A stretch of DNA of 64,000 nucleotides from an uncultured delta proteobacterium (GTDB lineage: Bacteria; Myxococcota_A; Polyangia; Polyangiales; Polyangiaceae): the NCBI GenBank assembly GCA_963716725.1, contig CAVQUB010000010.1, forward strand, positions 64,001 to 128,000, written 5' to 3'. Made by a program: the position numbers and the translations under genes. The notes under the pieces were generated by a model that made no database searches, was not told where the DNA came from, and worked only from the letters and a program-made list of their open reading frames with translations. Positions within the stretch are counted from its first letter, which is position 1, and each line of letters begins with the position of its first letter. Shown piece by piece: positions 17,669 through 31,226 of the stretch.

Positions 17669-19104
17669 ATGGCCGCCCCGGCACAGTCCGCCGTCAAGCT
17701 CGACACCACCGGATCTCCGTCCAAGGTGGTGCTCAAGCTCGCGACACCCACCGTCTTGGCGATGCTCACCCAGAGCGTCGTCAATGAGGTGGATATCGTC
17801 TTCTTCTCGTGGTTGCCGTGCCCCGAGTCGTCGAACGCCCAGGCGGCCCTCCTGCCGTCGCTGATCCTGCTCTGGCTGTTCGGAGGATCGCTCTCGGCCA
17901 TCTCTGTGGGCACTCAAGCGCTGGCAGCGCGACGCTTTGCCCAGCAGAAGAACGCCGACGCCGGCGCAGTGCTGGTCAACTCGTGGTTCTTCTCGCTCAC
18001 CGCCGGCATCCTGTTCACCATTGGCGGCTATCTGAGCTTGCCCCACGTGCTGAGCGCGCTGATCAAAGTCCCCGAAGTGCGCCAGGCGGCCACCGAATAC
18101 CTGAACTGGCGCCTCTTGGGCATCGTCAGCATGGCGATGACCTTCAGCTTCAAGTCGTTCTTCGACGGCATCGGCAAGACGCACGTGCACCTGTTCAGTG
18201 CAATCGTGATGAACGCGCTGAATATCGTGCTCTGCATGATCTTCATCTTCGGTCACTGGGGCGCGCCGCGCATGGGCATCGCGGGTGCCGGCCTTGCGGG
18301 TTTCGTCTCGACCTGGCTCGGCCTCCTGATCATGATCTTGTGGGCGACCTTTGCGAAGTACCGGAACCCATTCGGGCCCTTCAACCTGAAGAAACTCGAT
18401 CGGTCCCTGACCCGAGACATCCTGAAGCTCTCGATCCCGAGCGCCATCGCGACCGTGGCCGTGATGAGCGGCTTCGCCCTGTTTGCCATGATCGTGAGCA
18501 AGCTCGACGCTCTCGCGGGCGCCACGGCGCTGATCAACCCGTCTTGCCCGGGCGGGAAGGCTGAAGCCGTGAACAGCGCCGCCACGACGGTCATCGTTGG
18601 CGTCTTGAAGCTCACCTTCACTGCCTGCCTCGCGTTCGGCACCTCGACGGCGACTCTCGTCAGTCAGTCGCTGGGCGAAGGCAATCCCGACAAGGCGGAG
18701 CGCTTTGGCTGGGTCAGCGTCCGGCTGGGTCTGATCATCTTCGGCGTGGTCGGCGTGCTCGAAGGGGTGATCTTTCCCAGGCAAATCCTGGCTATCGTGA
18801 GCCACAGCCCAGCCGTGATCGATGCGGCGTTGATGCCGATGCGGGTCATGGGCATCTGCACGCCCGCGATTGCGGTCGGCATGATCCTGACTCAGGCGCT
18901 CTTCGGCGCTGGCAACACGCGTTTCGTGATGGTCGTCGAGCTCATCTTGCACTTCGTGTGCCTGGTGCCGCTGGCATGGTTGCTCGGGATCACTCTGGGC
19001 TACGGCCTCATGGGCATCTGGAGCGCCGCGGTGACCTACGTCGCGCTCCTCAGCGCAGTCATGGTCTGGAAGTTTCGCAGCGGCGACTGGAAGGCCATAA
19101 AGAT

Positions 19105-19108
<4 letters not shown>
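17669..19108 (+). CDS. MATE family efflux transporter
   Basis: About 12 TM; NALNIVL..IFG..GAPRMGIAGAGLA, SQSLGEG motifs. Confidence 0.9.
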
Positions 19109-21078
<1,970 letters not shown>

Positions 21079-21140
21079 CGACGGCGATCGGCGACGGGTG
21101 AGCACTCTCGCCGTCGCGCGCGGAGCGCTGCGTCGCGACG

Positions 21141-22769
21141 CTACTCCTTCATGAACTCGTCGAGCATCTGCTCTTCGCTGTCTTCGTCGTCCTTCTTCGG
21201 CGCGCCCGCTCCGGCGTCGGGCTTTGTTTCGCCCATCATCTCTTTGAGCATGTCGTCTTCTTCCTCGCCTGCGCCGGCATCGTCGCCTGCGGGCTCAGCG
21301 CTCGGATCGGGGGTGGGCTGGTCGGGCGTTGGCTCGTTTGCCCGCTTGATCTCCTTGCCCGCACCCCACTTCTCCTTGTCCTCTTTGGTGCAGGGCAGCG
21401 GGTTGTTCCGGTCCTCTTGCACGCATTCCATCATCCAAGCGTCGCGGGGCGGCTCGCCGTGCTCGGCGGCCTTGGCTTTGGCGGCGCGGATGTCGCCTTC
21501 CACCGCGATCGTCGACAGCTTGGGCAGGGTCATGATCAAGATTAGTCCGACGATCAGGATCCCGATGAAGGGCAGCGCCAATCGGTACAGATAGACCATC
21601 GGTTTGTTGAACCTGAAACTGGTCACGAACAGGTTCTGCCCGAGTGGCGGGCTCAAGTACGCGATCTCGAGGTTCAGGAGGAACATCATCGCCAGGTGGA
21701 AGGGCGACAGACCGAACTGGGCCGCGAAGGGGATCAGCAGCGGCACCGCCACCAGGATGGCGCTGAAGCCGTCCATCACCATGCCCTGGATGTACAGGAA
21801 CACGTTGAGGGCGATCAGGAACTGCCACTGCTCCTTGACGCCCATCCCGGTCACCCACTCGAAGATCTGCTGTGGGATCTTCTCGTTGATGATGAAGTTG
21901 GTGAGCGCCATGGCCATGGCCATGATCAAGATGATGGCGCCGGCCAGCGCGATGGAACTCCGGGCGATGCGCGGGATGTCCTTGATGGTGAGATCTTTGT
22001 AGACGTAGATCTCGACCACGACGACGTAGAGCGCGGCCAACGCCGCGACCTCGTCGATGTCGGTGAGCCCGGTGAACAGGCCGCCCAAGATGAGGAAGGG
22101 GATCCCGAGCTCCCACTTCACGTACCAGAGGCTCGAGCCCATCTCCGAGAGGTTGGGCTTCGAGCGGGGGATCTTGGCCTTGATGCCCACGTACGCTGCG
22201 TGCACGCCGAGCAGCGCAACCACCAGCAGTCCCGGGATCAACGCTGCCTTGAAGGCCTTGGTGAAGTCGATGCCGGCGACCAGCGAGTAGACCAGGATGG
22301 GCAGCGACGGGGGGAGGAGCAGGCCCAAAGAGCCGCCCGTCATCACCACGCCGAGCGCGTAGTCCTGGGGGTATCCCCGCTTGATCAACGCCGGATAGAG
22401 CAGTGCGCCGATGGCCACGATGGTCACCGCGCTGCCACCCGTCAGCGTGGTGAAGAATGCGCTGGCGATGATGCAGACGATGGCGAGACCACCGGGCATC
22501 CAGCCGAAGAACGCGTTGGAAGCGCGCACGATGCGCTCCGGCGTCTTCGACTCGGCCATGGTGTAGCCGATGAAGGTGAAGAGCGGCACCGTGACCATGA
22601 TGGGCGATCCCACGAATCGCTCGTCGAGCACGTCCGGCGCCAGGAAGCGCATGAAGCGCTGACCTTCTTCGGCGTGAGTGAACCACGCGAGCTGAGTGGC
22701 GCCCGCCATGATGGCAAACACGGGCGCGCCGAGCAGCGCGAAGATCAGGACGAACAGGAAGATGATCAT
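21141..22769 (-). CDS. dctM: TRAP transporter large permease
   Basis: VPLFTFIG, PGGLAI, GLLLPPS, YLSPPLGQNLF. Confidence 0.92.
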   Translation of the reverse strand: MIIFLFVLIFALLGAPVFAIMAGATQLAWFTHAEEGQRFMRFLAPDVLDERFVGSPIMVTVPLFTFIGYTMAESKTPERIVRASNAFFGWMPGGLAIVCIIASAFFTTLTGGSAVTIVAIGALLYPALIKRGYPQDYALGVVMTGGSLGLLLPPSLPILVYSLVAGIDFTKAFKAALIPGLLVVALLGVHAAYVGIKAKIPRSKPNLSEMGSSLWYVKWELGIPFLILGGLFTGLTDIDEVAALAALYVVVVEIYVYKDLTIKDIPRIARSSIALAGAIILIMAMAMALTNFIINEKIPQQIFEWVTGMGVKEQWQFLIALNVFLYIQGMVMDGFSAILVAVPLLIPFAAQFGLSPFHLAMMFLLNLEIAYLSPPLGQNLFVTSFRFNKPMVYLYRLALPFIGILIVGLILIMTLPKLSTIAVEGDIRAAKAKAAEHGEPPRDAWMMECVQEDRNNPLPCTKEDKEKWGAGKEIKRANEPTPDQPTPDPSAEPAGDDAGAGEEEDDMLKEMMGETKPDAGAGAPKKDDEDSEEQMLDEFMKE

Positions 22770-24115
22770 GCTCCCTGCCCCTCCTCGCCGTCCGAGCCCT
22801 CTTTGCCGTGTTCGTCGTGCCGGCGTTTGATCTCGTCGGCCGTGGACTCGAAGTTGACGCTGAAGTGCCCGCTGAGGGCCAACAGCGAGAGCAGCACGAA
22901 GCGGAACACCAGCACGAAGAGCCCGAAGGGGAAGGCGAGGTTGGCGGTCTTCACCAGCTCACCTCTCGGCTCGCCCTTCTCGGGGATGACCACGATGGGC
23001 GAGCGCTTCATGTCGGGGGTGATCTCGAGCAGCTTGGCCTTCTCTTCTCCGTAGCGCTCGACGAATCCCGAGGTGCGGATCCAGTCGTTCCACTCTTCGT
23101 GCCCGAGCCATTCCGCGTAGCGCTCGCCCTTCACGACGTGGGGCAGCGCCTTGAGATCCAGCGCGACTTGCTTCCGGAGCATGAAGGCGTGCTCGCCCAT
23201 GCCCGTGGTCACCGCGGAGAACTTCTCGGAGGGGCGCGCGTCGGCCTTGGCGTCGAAGTCGTCGATGGCGATGTGGTCGAAGAACCCCCAGCCCGCGACG
23301 CCGCAGATGAACGCCGTGGAGAGCCACCCGAACACCACCACGTAAAGCCGCGCTTTGGGGCGGAGGAAGCGCGTTACCAGATCGATGTTGATGTGCTTGC
23401 CCGAGGCAGTGGCGAGGGAGCCGCCGAGCAGCGCTAGCACCAGCGTCAGGCGGGTGCCGAAGCCCCGAAGGCCGCCGAAGAGCGTGAGCGTCGACGCCTG
23501 CTGGAACCAGTTGAGCATGTTGGACGCCCACTCGACGCCAACATTTCCCCAGTACTTGGCAGTCGCGATTCCGATGACGACCCCGCTGATAGATGCGATG
23601 CGCTGCAGCGACTTCTTCTGCTTGCGCGTCGCGAGAAATCCCACGCTGCCGAGCACCAAGGCGCCGGACAACATGCGAAAGACGATCCCGGCGTTGCTCG
23701 CCCCGTCGGACGATGTGGACAGGCCCTTGAGACCCACCCACAGCGAGAGCACCAACACCTCGAGCACGAGCACGGTCGTGCAGAGGAAGACCTCCCACTT
23801 CGTCCAGCCGGAGTCGATGCGGACGAACGGCAGCCCCCAAGCGGCGGGCTTGGGCTGGCCATTGTCCGGGTCGGCGTCCACTGTGGGAGCGCGCGACTTG
23901 GATTCCACCGCGGCGTCGGGTCGAGGCGCCTGCTTGGCGTCGCCGCCTGCGTCGCCGCCGCCTGCGTCGTCGGGGCTCGCTTTCGCGTCCGGGGCCTCGA
24001 CGGGGCTCTGGTCCTTGGTGCTCGCGTCTTTCGCGTCCGGGTCGTCCGAGGTCTCGGCAGGGCCTGCGCCCTTGTCGCCCCCGTCTCGCTCGTCACGTTC
24101 GTCTTGGTCGCTCAT
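22766..24115 (-). CDS. TRAP small permease (DctQ-like), enlarged
   Basis: GGSLATASGKHINIDLV motif; position between dctP and dctM. Confidence 0.8.
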   Translation of the reverse strand: MSDQDERDERDGGDKGAGPAETSDDPDAKDASTKDQSPVEAPDAKASPDDAGGGDAGGDAKQAPRPDAAVESKSRAPTVDADPDNGQPKPAAWGLPFVRIDSGWTKWEVFLCTTVLVLEVLVLSLWVGLKGLSTSSDGASNAGIVFRMLSGALVLGSVGFLATRKQKKSLQRIASISGVVIGIATAKYWGNVGVEWASNMLNWFQQASTLTLFGGLRGFGTRLTLVLALLGGSLATASGKHINIDLVTRFLRPKARLYVVVFGWLSTAFICGVAGWGFFDHIAIDDFDAKADARPSEKFSAVTTGMGEHAFMLRKQVALDLKALPHVVKGERYAEWLGHEEWNDWIRTSGFVERYGEEKAKLLEITPDMKRSPIVVIPEKGEPRGELVKTANLAFPFGLFVLVFRFVLLSLLALSGHFSVNFESTADEIKRRHDEHGKEGSDGEEGQGA

Positions 24116-24272
24116 CCCTGAGCGCGCACGTTATCAAAGCTGGACGGGCTGGGGGGCCGAGATGCCTACAAAACACGAGAGGGCCGAGCCCGAAGGCCCA
24201 GCCCCATGCTTTTGGCTCTCGCGTCGCGACTGCCCAGGTGCTCGTCCGAGCCCCAGGCGGTCGCGATTTCCG

Positions 24273-25256
24273 TCAGCAGGCGCCGACTTTGCCCAGCGCG
24301 TCGCCCGGGATGGCCGACTTGAGGTTCTGGCAGGCCTTCTTGAAGACCGCCTTCCACTCGGCCTTTTCTGCCGCGGACGGCTCGTGGACGGTCATCTTTG
24401 CCTTGAGGCGCTTGAAGGAAGCGGCGTCGGCGCTGCGGATGCGCTTGGTCAGCATCTCGGCGGCCTTGGCCCCGGTGCTCTTGACCACCTCGCGCTGATC
24501 GGCGGTGAGCTTGTCGATCTCTTTCTGGCTGATCACCACGGCGCCGATGCCGAAGTAGGTCTCGGCCGTGTTGATGTGGTCGAGGCGGGATGCCCACTGG
24601 AGCTGCTCCGCGGCCAACGAGGGTGTGTTCATCACGTCGATGGCGCCGCTGTTCAGCTTCGGCAGGAAGCCAGTGACCGGCGAGGGAACGCCGGAGACGC
24701 CACCGATGGCCTCGTAGACCTTGGGCGCGATGATGTCCTCGTTGATCATGCCGGGGTGTTTGCCCTTGAGGTCGGCCGGAACCTTGACCGCAAAGCCCTT
24801 GGACATCACCCGGCCGATGCCGACGTCGCCAAAGCCGCCGATGTGGAAGCCGTCTTTGGCCGCCGACTCGATCAGCTCCTTCGCGTACTTGCCGCGCGCG
24901 GCGTCCAGCTCCGCCCAGCTTCCAAAAGCGCCGGGCATCTGGAGAGCCATGAAGCGCTTGTCGATGGCGCCAAGGCCCACGGCCGTGATGGCGCCGCCGC
25001 CAATCTGACCGCTCTTGATCTTGCCGACCACCGCGCCTTCGGGGCCGCCGGTGCCGTTCCAGAGCCAGTCGAGCTTGACCTCGCCGTTGGTCTTTTGCTC
25101 AACGGCCTTGGACCAGGTCGTGAAGACCTTGCCCCAGGGGCTCCGCTTTGGAGCCAGCGTTGCCATCTTCAATGTCGACTTGGCGTGAGCCGCACCCGCC
25201 GTGCCCATGACGACGAACGAAGCGGCCACGACTGCCGCGAGAACCTTTCGGACCAT
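24273..25256 (-). CDS. dctP: TRAP substrate-binding protein
   Basis: LKMATLAPKRSPW, signal peptide, PADLKG. Confidence 0.9.
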   Translation of the reverse strand: MVRKVLAAVVAASFVVMGTAGAAHAKSTLKMATLAPKRSPWGKVFTTWSKAVEQKTNGEVKLDWLWNGTGGPEGAVVGKIKSGQIGGGAITAVGLGAIDKRFMALQMPGAFGSWAELDAARGKYAKELIESAAKDGFHIGGFGDVGIGRVMSKGFAVKVPADLKGKHPGMINEDIIAPKVYEAIGGVSGVPSPVTGFLPKLNSGAIDVMNTPSLAAEQLQWASRLDHINTAETYFGIGAVVISQKEIDKLTADQREVVKSTGAKAAEMLTKRIRSADAASFKRLKAKMTVHEPSAAEKAEWKAVFKKACQNLKSAIPGDALGKVGAC

Positions 25257-25414
25257 TTCCTAGTACCTCCTCGAATCGTTGCGAATGGCTGGCCAGCCGA
25301 TGGGCCACCCGGCTCAGGTGAGACGGAGCGGCCTGCAAAAGCGATCAACGAATATGCGAAAACCCTGCCCCGGGCCAGGCGCGCCGCGCTGCCCTCCCCT
25401 TCGGATGCAGTGCG

Positions 25415-26344
25415 TCAGATGCGGAACCCGCACTCTTCCTGCCAAATCTTGTTGCCCAGGTAGCGTCGCGCCCGGCGTTTCGCGATGACGTTTTGTAGCC
25501 GGGCTTCGGGCAGGTCGTCCCCGGCGGCGAGCACCTCGTTCAGGGTCTTCTCGTAGGCCGCCCTGTCGCCCTTGGCGCAGTAGTAGCGCTGCGCGTAGTT
25601 CAGCTTGGTCGGCAGGAACTTCCCGCCGCTGATCGCCAACGCCTTCTCGAAGCTCTCCTTCGACTGGTCGAGCTCGGCCATGGCCGTGCGCGCGTGGTAG
25701 GCCCCCATCACCGTGTAGCCCGTGCCGTAGACGAGCGTGTCGTCGAGCTTCAGGGAGCGCTTGATCATCTCCACTCCGACATAGAGTTCGCCCACGATTT
25801 CCGGGACGTCCTTTGACGTGGAGACGTGGCCGACCCAGGCGTAGCCGATCCACAGCAGATCTTCGGCCTGCTCCTTGTCGGTGAAGTTTTGCTCGAGCCA
25901 GGCCGAGATGGTTGCTTGATTGCGCTTGGCTGCGTCGAAACCCTCGGCGTGGTGACCGAGCAGTTCGACGCCGTAGTGCTTGGCGCGGGCGAAGCCGGCG
26001 CGGGCGCGAAGCAGGTGGTACTCGGCCATCACGTCGTCGCCCTTTTCGTAGGCCTCTTCGTAGTCGTCCTCGGTGAAGCCGAAGGACACACCTGCCCAAG
26101 CCCGAGTGAGCATGAAGAGCGCGTCGGTGTTGGCCGGCGCAAGCGTGTGGAAACCTTCGAGCTGCCCGATACCGGCCTGGGCGACTCCCCGGGCGATTTC
26201 CCAGTCGTGCAGCGTGTTCACGGCCGCCGAGCCCTGGCGAGTGCCCTTGATCTGCCCGTTGAGCAGCATCGCCTTGAGACAGCCGGTGCTCGACAGGGCG
26301 AGCGCCGAGAGACCCAATACACAGATACCCCGCGCGAGATTCAT
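25415..26344 (-). CDS. TRAP-associated TatT-family TPR lipoprotein
   Basis: Lipobox STGC, all-helical, C-terminal NVIAKRRA; directly upstream of dctP. Confidence 0.8.
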   Translation of the reverse strand: MNLARGICVLGLSALALSSTGCLKAMLLNGQIKGTRQGSAAVNTLHDWEIARGVAQAGIGQLEGFHTLAPANTDALFMLTRAWAGVSFGFTEDDYEEAYEKGDDVMAEYHLLRARAGFARAKHYGVELLGHHAEGFDAAKRNQATISAWLEQNFTDKEQAEDLLWIGYAWVGHVSTSKDVPEIVGELYVGVEMIKRSLKLDDTLVYGTGYTVMGAYHARTAMAELDQSKESFEKALAISGGKFLPTKLNYAQRYYCAKGDRAAYEKTLNEVLAAGDDLPEARLQNVIAKRRARRYLGNKIWQEECGFRI

Positions 26345-26405
26345 GACGCGCGGGGATACCCGTCTTTTCCTCGGGATTCAACCGGTGCGTCGCGAATTGC
26401 GCTGC

Positions 26406-27683
26406 TCAATCCCGGGCCGCCAGGACGGCGCAGGCCACGGCTGTCCGCACACCCGGGTCATCGTCCGCCAGCGCGGTAGCGGCTTTTTGGTAGTCCCCCA
26501 GGGCCAGCAGGCCCTGGGCGGCGACGGTGCGCGTGTGGGCCTTGGGGGAGCCCAAGAGGTCTACCAGCTGCTTTTGTACCCCGGCGTCCCCCGCCGCAGC
26601 CAGGGCCGCGCGCGCTTGCAGCCCCAGTTCGTCGTCCTTCTTGGCCAGCTCGCGAAGCCCTTCGAGGGCCTTCTTCTTGTGAGCGTCATCGCCGGCCAGC
26701 CGCGCGAGCGCGATGACCTTCACTTCCTTGTCGGCGTCCTTGGTGGCCTTCTCGATGGCGGCCACGACGTCCTTGTCCGAAAAGGGAGCGAGGCGAATGG
26801 CCAGGCGTCGTTCGGCCTCGGTGCCCTGGCCGATGGCTCGCAGTAGCGTCGCGACGCCGGAGCCCGCAAAGCGCCCGCGCGAACGCACCAAGGCGTCCGC
26901 CGCCGCGATGGCCAGCATGCCCTGCCGGTTTTCCGTCAGCGTCACGAGCTCGTGCTCGCCACCCGCCCGATACGCGGCGGGCATCGCCCAGGCGTCGATG
27001 ATGGTGATGCGCGTCGGTTCGTCGGCGCTCACCCAGTGATCGCGGAGCGCAAGCACCGCCCTTTCGCCACCAATGGCGCCGACGGTGCGCGTCGCGTGAC
27101 CGCGGTTGACCAGGTCCGGATCGAGGCGGGCTGCCTCGAGGGCGCTCTCGAGATCATCGCTCGAACGCGCCTCGAGCGCCGCTCGGAGCGCCGCTCGGCG
27201 CACGCGCTCGTCGGGGTCCGCGAACAGCTTGCGACGCAGCGGGCCCTGCTCGTTGGCGACGGCAGCACGGGCCGCAACCGCTCGCCACGCTCCGCTCGAA
27301 GCGTCGCGATGGCGGCGCAGGAGCTCCGAGGAGTTGCGGCGCCCGAGCTCGAACAAGGTCAAGGTGGCCTCCGCTGCCGCGTCATCGGCTTGCTCAGCCC
27401 GTGCCTCGAGGACCCGAACGAGTGGGCGGGCGCAGCTCCGCACGTCGCGGACGCGATCGACGGCGGCGGTGCCGCTGGCGGAACGCAGCTCACGGCCGGC
27501 GACCGCCCAGGCCAGATCTTCTACCGTGGACTTGTCGAGGCGCCCGGCATCTTGGCTCCGCTTCACGTCGCGCTTGAGCGAGACGAGATCCCCGTGTAGG
27601 GCGGTGTCCACGACCTGAGCGGCTCCGCAGCCGGCGAGCAGCAGAGTGAGGCCGATGAGAACGTGGGCAGAGCGAGCGCGCAT
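26406..27683 (-). CDS. HEAT-repeat lipoprotein
   Basis: Lipobox LAGC; DPDERVRRAAL and DDPGVRTAVA repeats. Confidence 0.8.
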   Translation of the reverse strand: MRARSAHVLIGLTLLLAGCGAAQVVDTALHGDLVSLKRDVKRSQDAGRLDKSTVEDLAWAVAGRELRSASGTAAVDRVRDVRSCARPLVRVLEARAEQADDAAAEATLTLFELGRRNSSELLRRHRDASSGAWRAVAARAAVANEQGPLRRKLFADPDERVRRAALRAALEARSSDDLESALEAARLDPDLVNRGHATRTVGAIGGERAVLALRDHWVSADEPTRITIIDAWAMPAAYRAGGEHELVTLTENRQGMLAIAAADALVRSRGRFAGSGVATLLRAIGQGTEAERRLAIRLAPFSDKDVVAAIEKATKDADKEVKVIALARLAGDDAHKKKALEGLRELAKKDDELGLQARAALAAAGDAGVQKQLVDLLGSPKAHTRTVAAQGLLALGDYQKAATALADDDPGVRTAVACAVLAARD

Positions 27684-27702
27684 GCTCGGACGGTGATAGC
27701 AC

Positions 27703-30313
<2,611 letters not shown>

Positions 30314-30398
30314 TTAACACGCCTCGCCCAGACTTTCACCCCCGAATTCCGGAGGGCGCCAATCTCAAGGAAAGGCTGGGACTTCGAGCGCTCGGGCC

Positions 30399-30434
30399 GC
30401 GCGTGAAACGTCGCCGGGCGGAAGTTTCACGCGC
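30399..30434. terminator. Stem-loop at the 3' end of the 30444-30989 gene
   Basis: 11-bp stem GCGCGTGAAAC/GTTTCACGCGC; no U tract. Confidence 0.4.
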
Positions 30435-30443
30435 GCCTCCGGC

Positions 30444-30989
30444 TCAGAACAGTCCGACGAGTCCGAGGCCGACGCCGTCCTTGCCGGCCACGAAGGGCAC
30501 GGGGCGCACGCTCGCTGCTGGCGCGCGCCGCAGCTGGGGCAGGGGCTGCCGCTGAGGAGCCGAGGAAGCCTCTTGGGTCGGCATGAACAGCGCTTCGGCG
30601 GCAACGAGTACGCCGCCGGCCTGACCGACCGCGTCCATCGTCGTGAGGATCGCGCGCAGCACCACCGTGAAGGTCGAGCAGTTCGGATCGTCGTCGGCGC
30701 AGCCCGTGTCGGCCAACGCCATCCACGGTCCGGCGACGGGGATTCGCAGGTCGTTCGCGCCGGGTGCATCTGGCCAAGCGTACGAGGAGCCCACGGCCGC
30801 TCCGTACCAGAGCGAGGTCACGCCCAGACCCACCAGCGCGAGCTTGAGCTGGGTGCCCGACGGCGGGAATACGTCCGGGTCGACGTGAGTCGGGCGCACG
30901 GGCTCGTCGGCGAGCGCCGGGCGCGGGGCGCACAGCGTCGCGAGGGCGAGGGAACCAGTCAGGGCCAGGGTCGAGAAACGCATGGGCAC
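30444..30989 (-). CDS. Hypothetical exported/membrane protein
   Basis: Signal peptide, IPVAGPW motif, C-terminal GLGLVGLF. Confidence 0.75.
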   Translation of the reverse strand: MPMRFSTLALTGSLALATLCAPRPALADEPVRPTHVDPDVFPPSGTQLKLALVGLGVTSLWYGAAVGSSYAWPDAPGANDLRIPVAGPWMALADTGCADDDPNCSTFTVVLRAILTTMDAVGQAGGVLVAAEALFMPTQEASSAPQRQPLPQLRRAPAASVRPVPFVAGKDGVGLGLVGLF

Positions 30990-31051
30990 GCCGTTTTGAC
31001 CAAGCTTTGGGCGGAAGGCAAGGGAAGGCGACCCGAGGGCGCGAAAGCAGC

Positions 31052-31085
31052 CCGCTCGCGGGTCACGGCACCCGGGCGATAGCGA
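31052..31085. repeat. Left direct repeat (copy of the ABC SBP gene 3' end)
   Basis: 21-nt exact core GGGTCACGGCACCCGGGCGAT at 31060-31080; 30/34 identity to 36324-36357. Confidence 0.9.
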
Positions 31086-31226
31086 AGCGAGTCACTCGAC
31101 ACGGCCCGATCCCGTCCAGGCCGCCGAGGAGCGGCCTTCCGCTAGGTCGCCGCAACCGCCGGACGGGTTCAACGTCCTGGCAATGCGCGGACATGGTAAC
31201 CTGGAACCAGGCGGGAGGTCCGTGTG

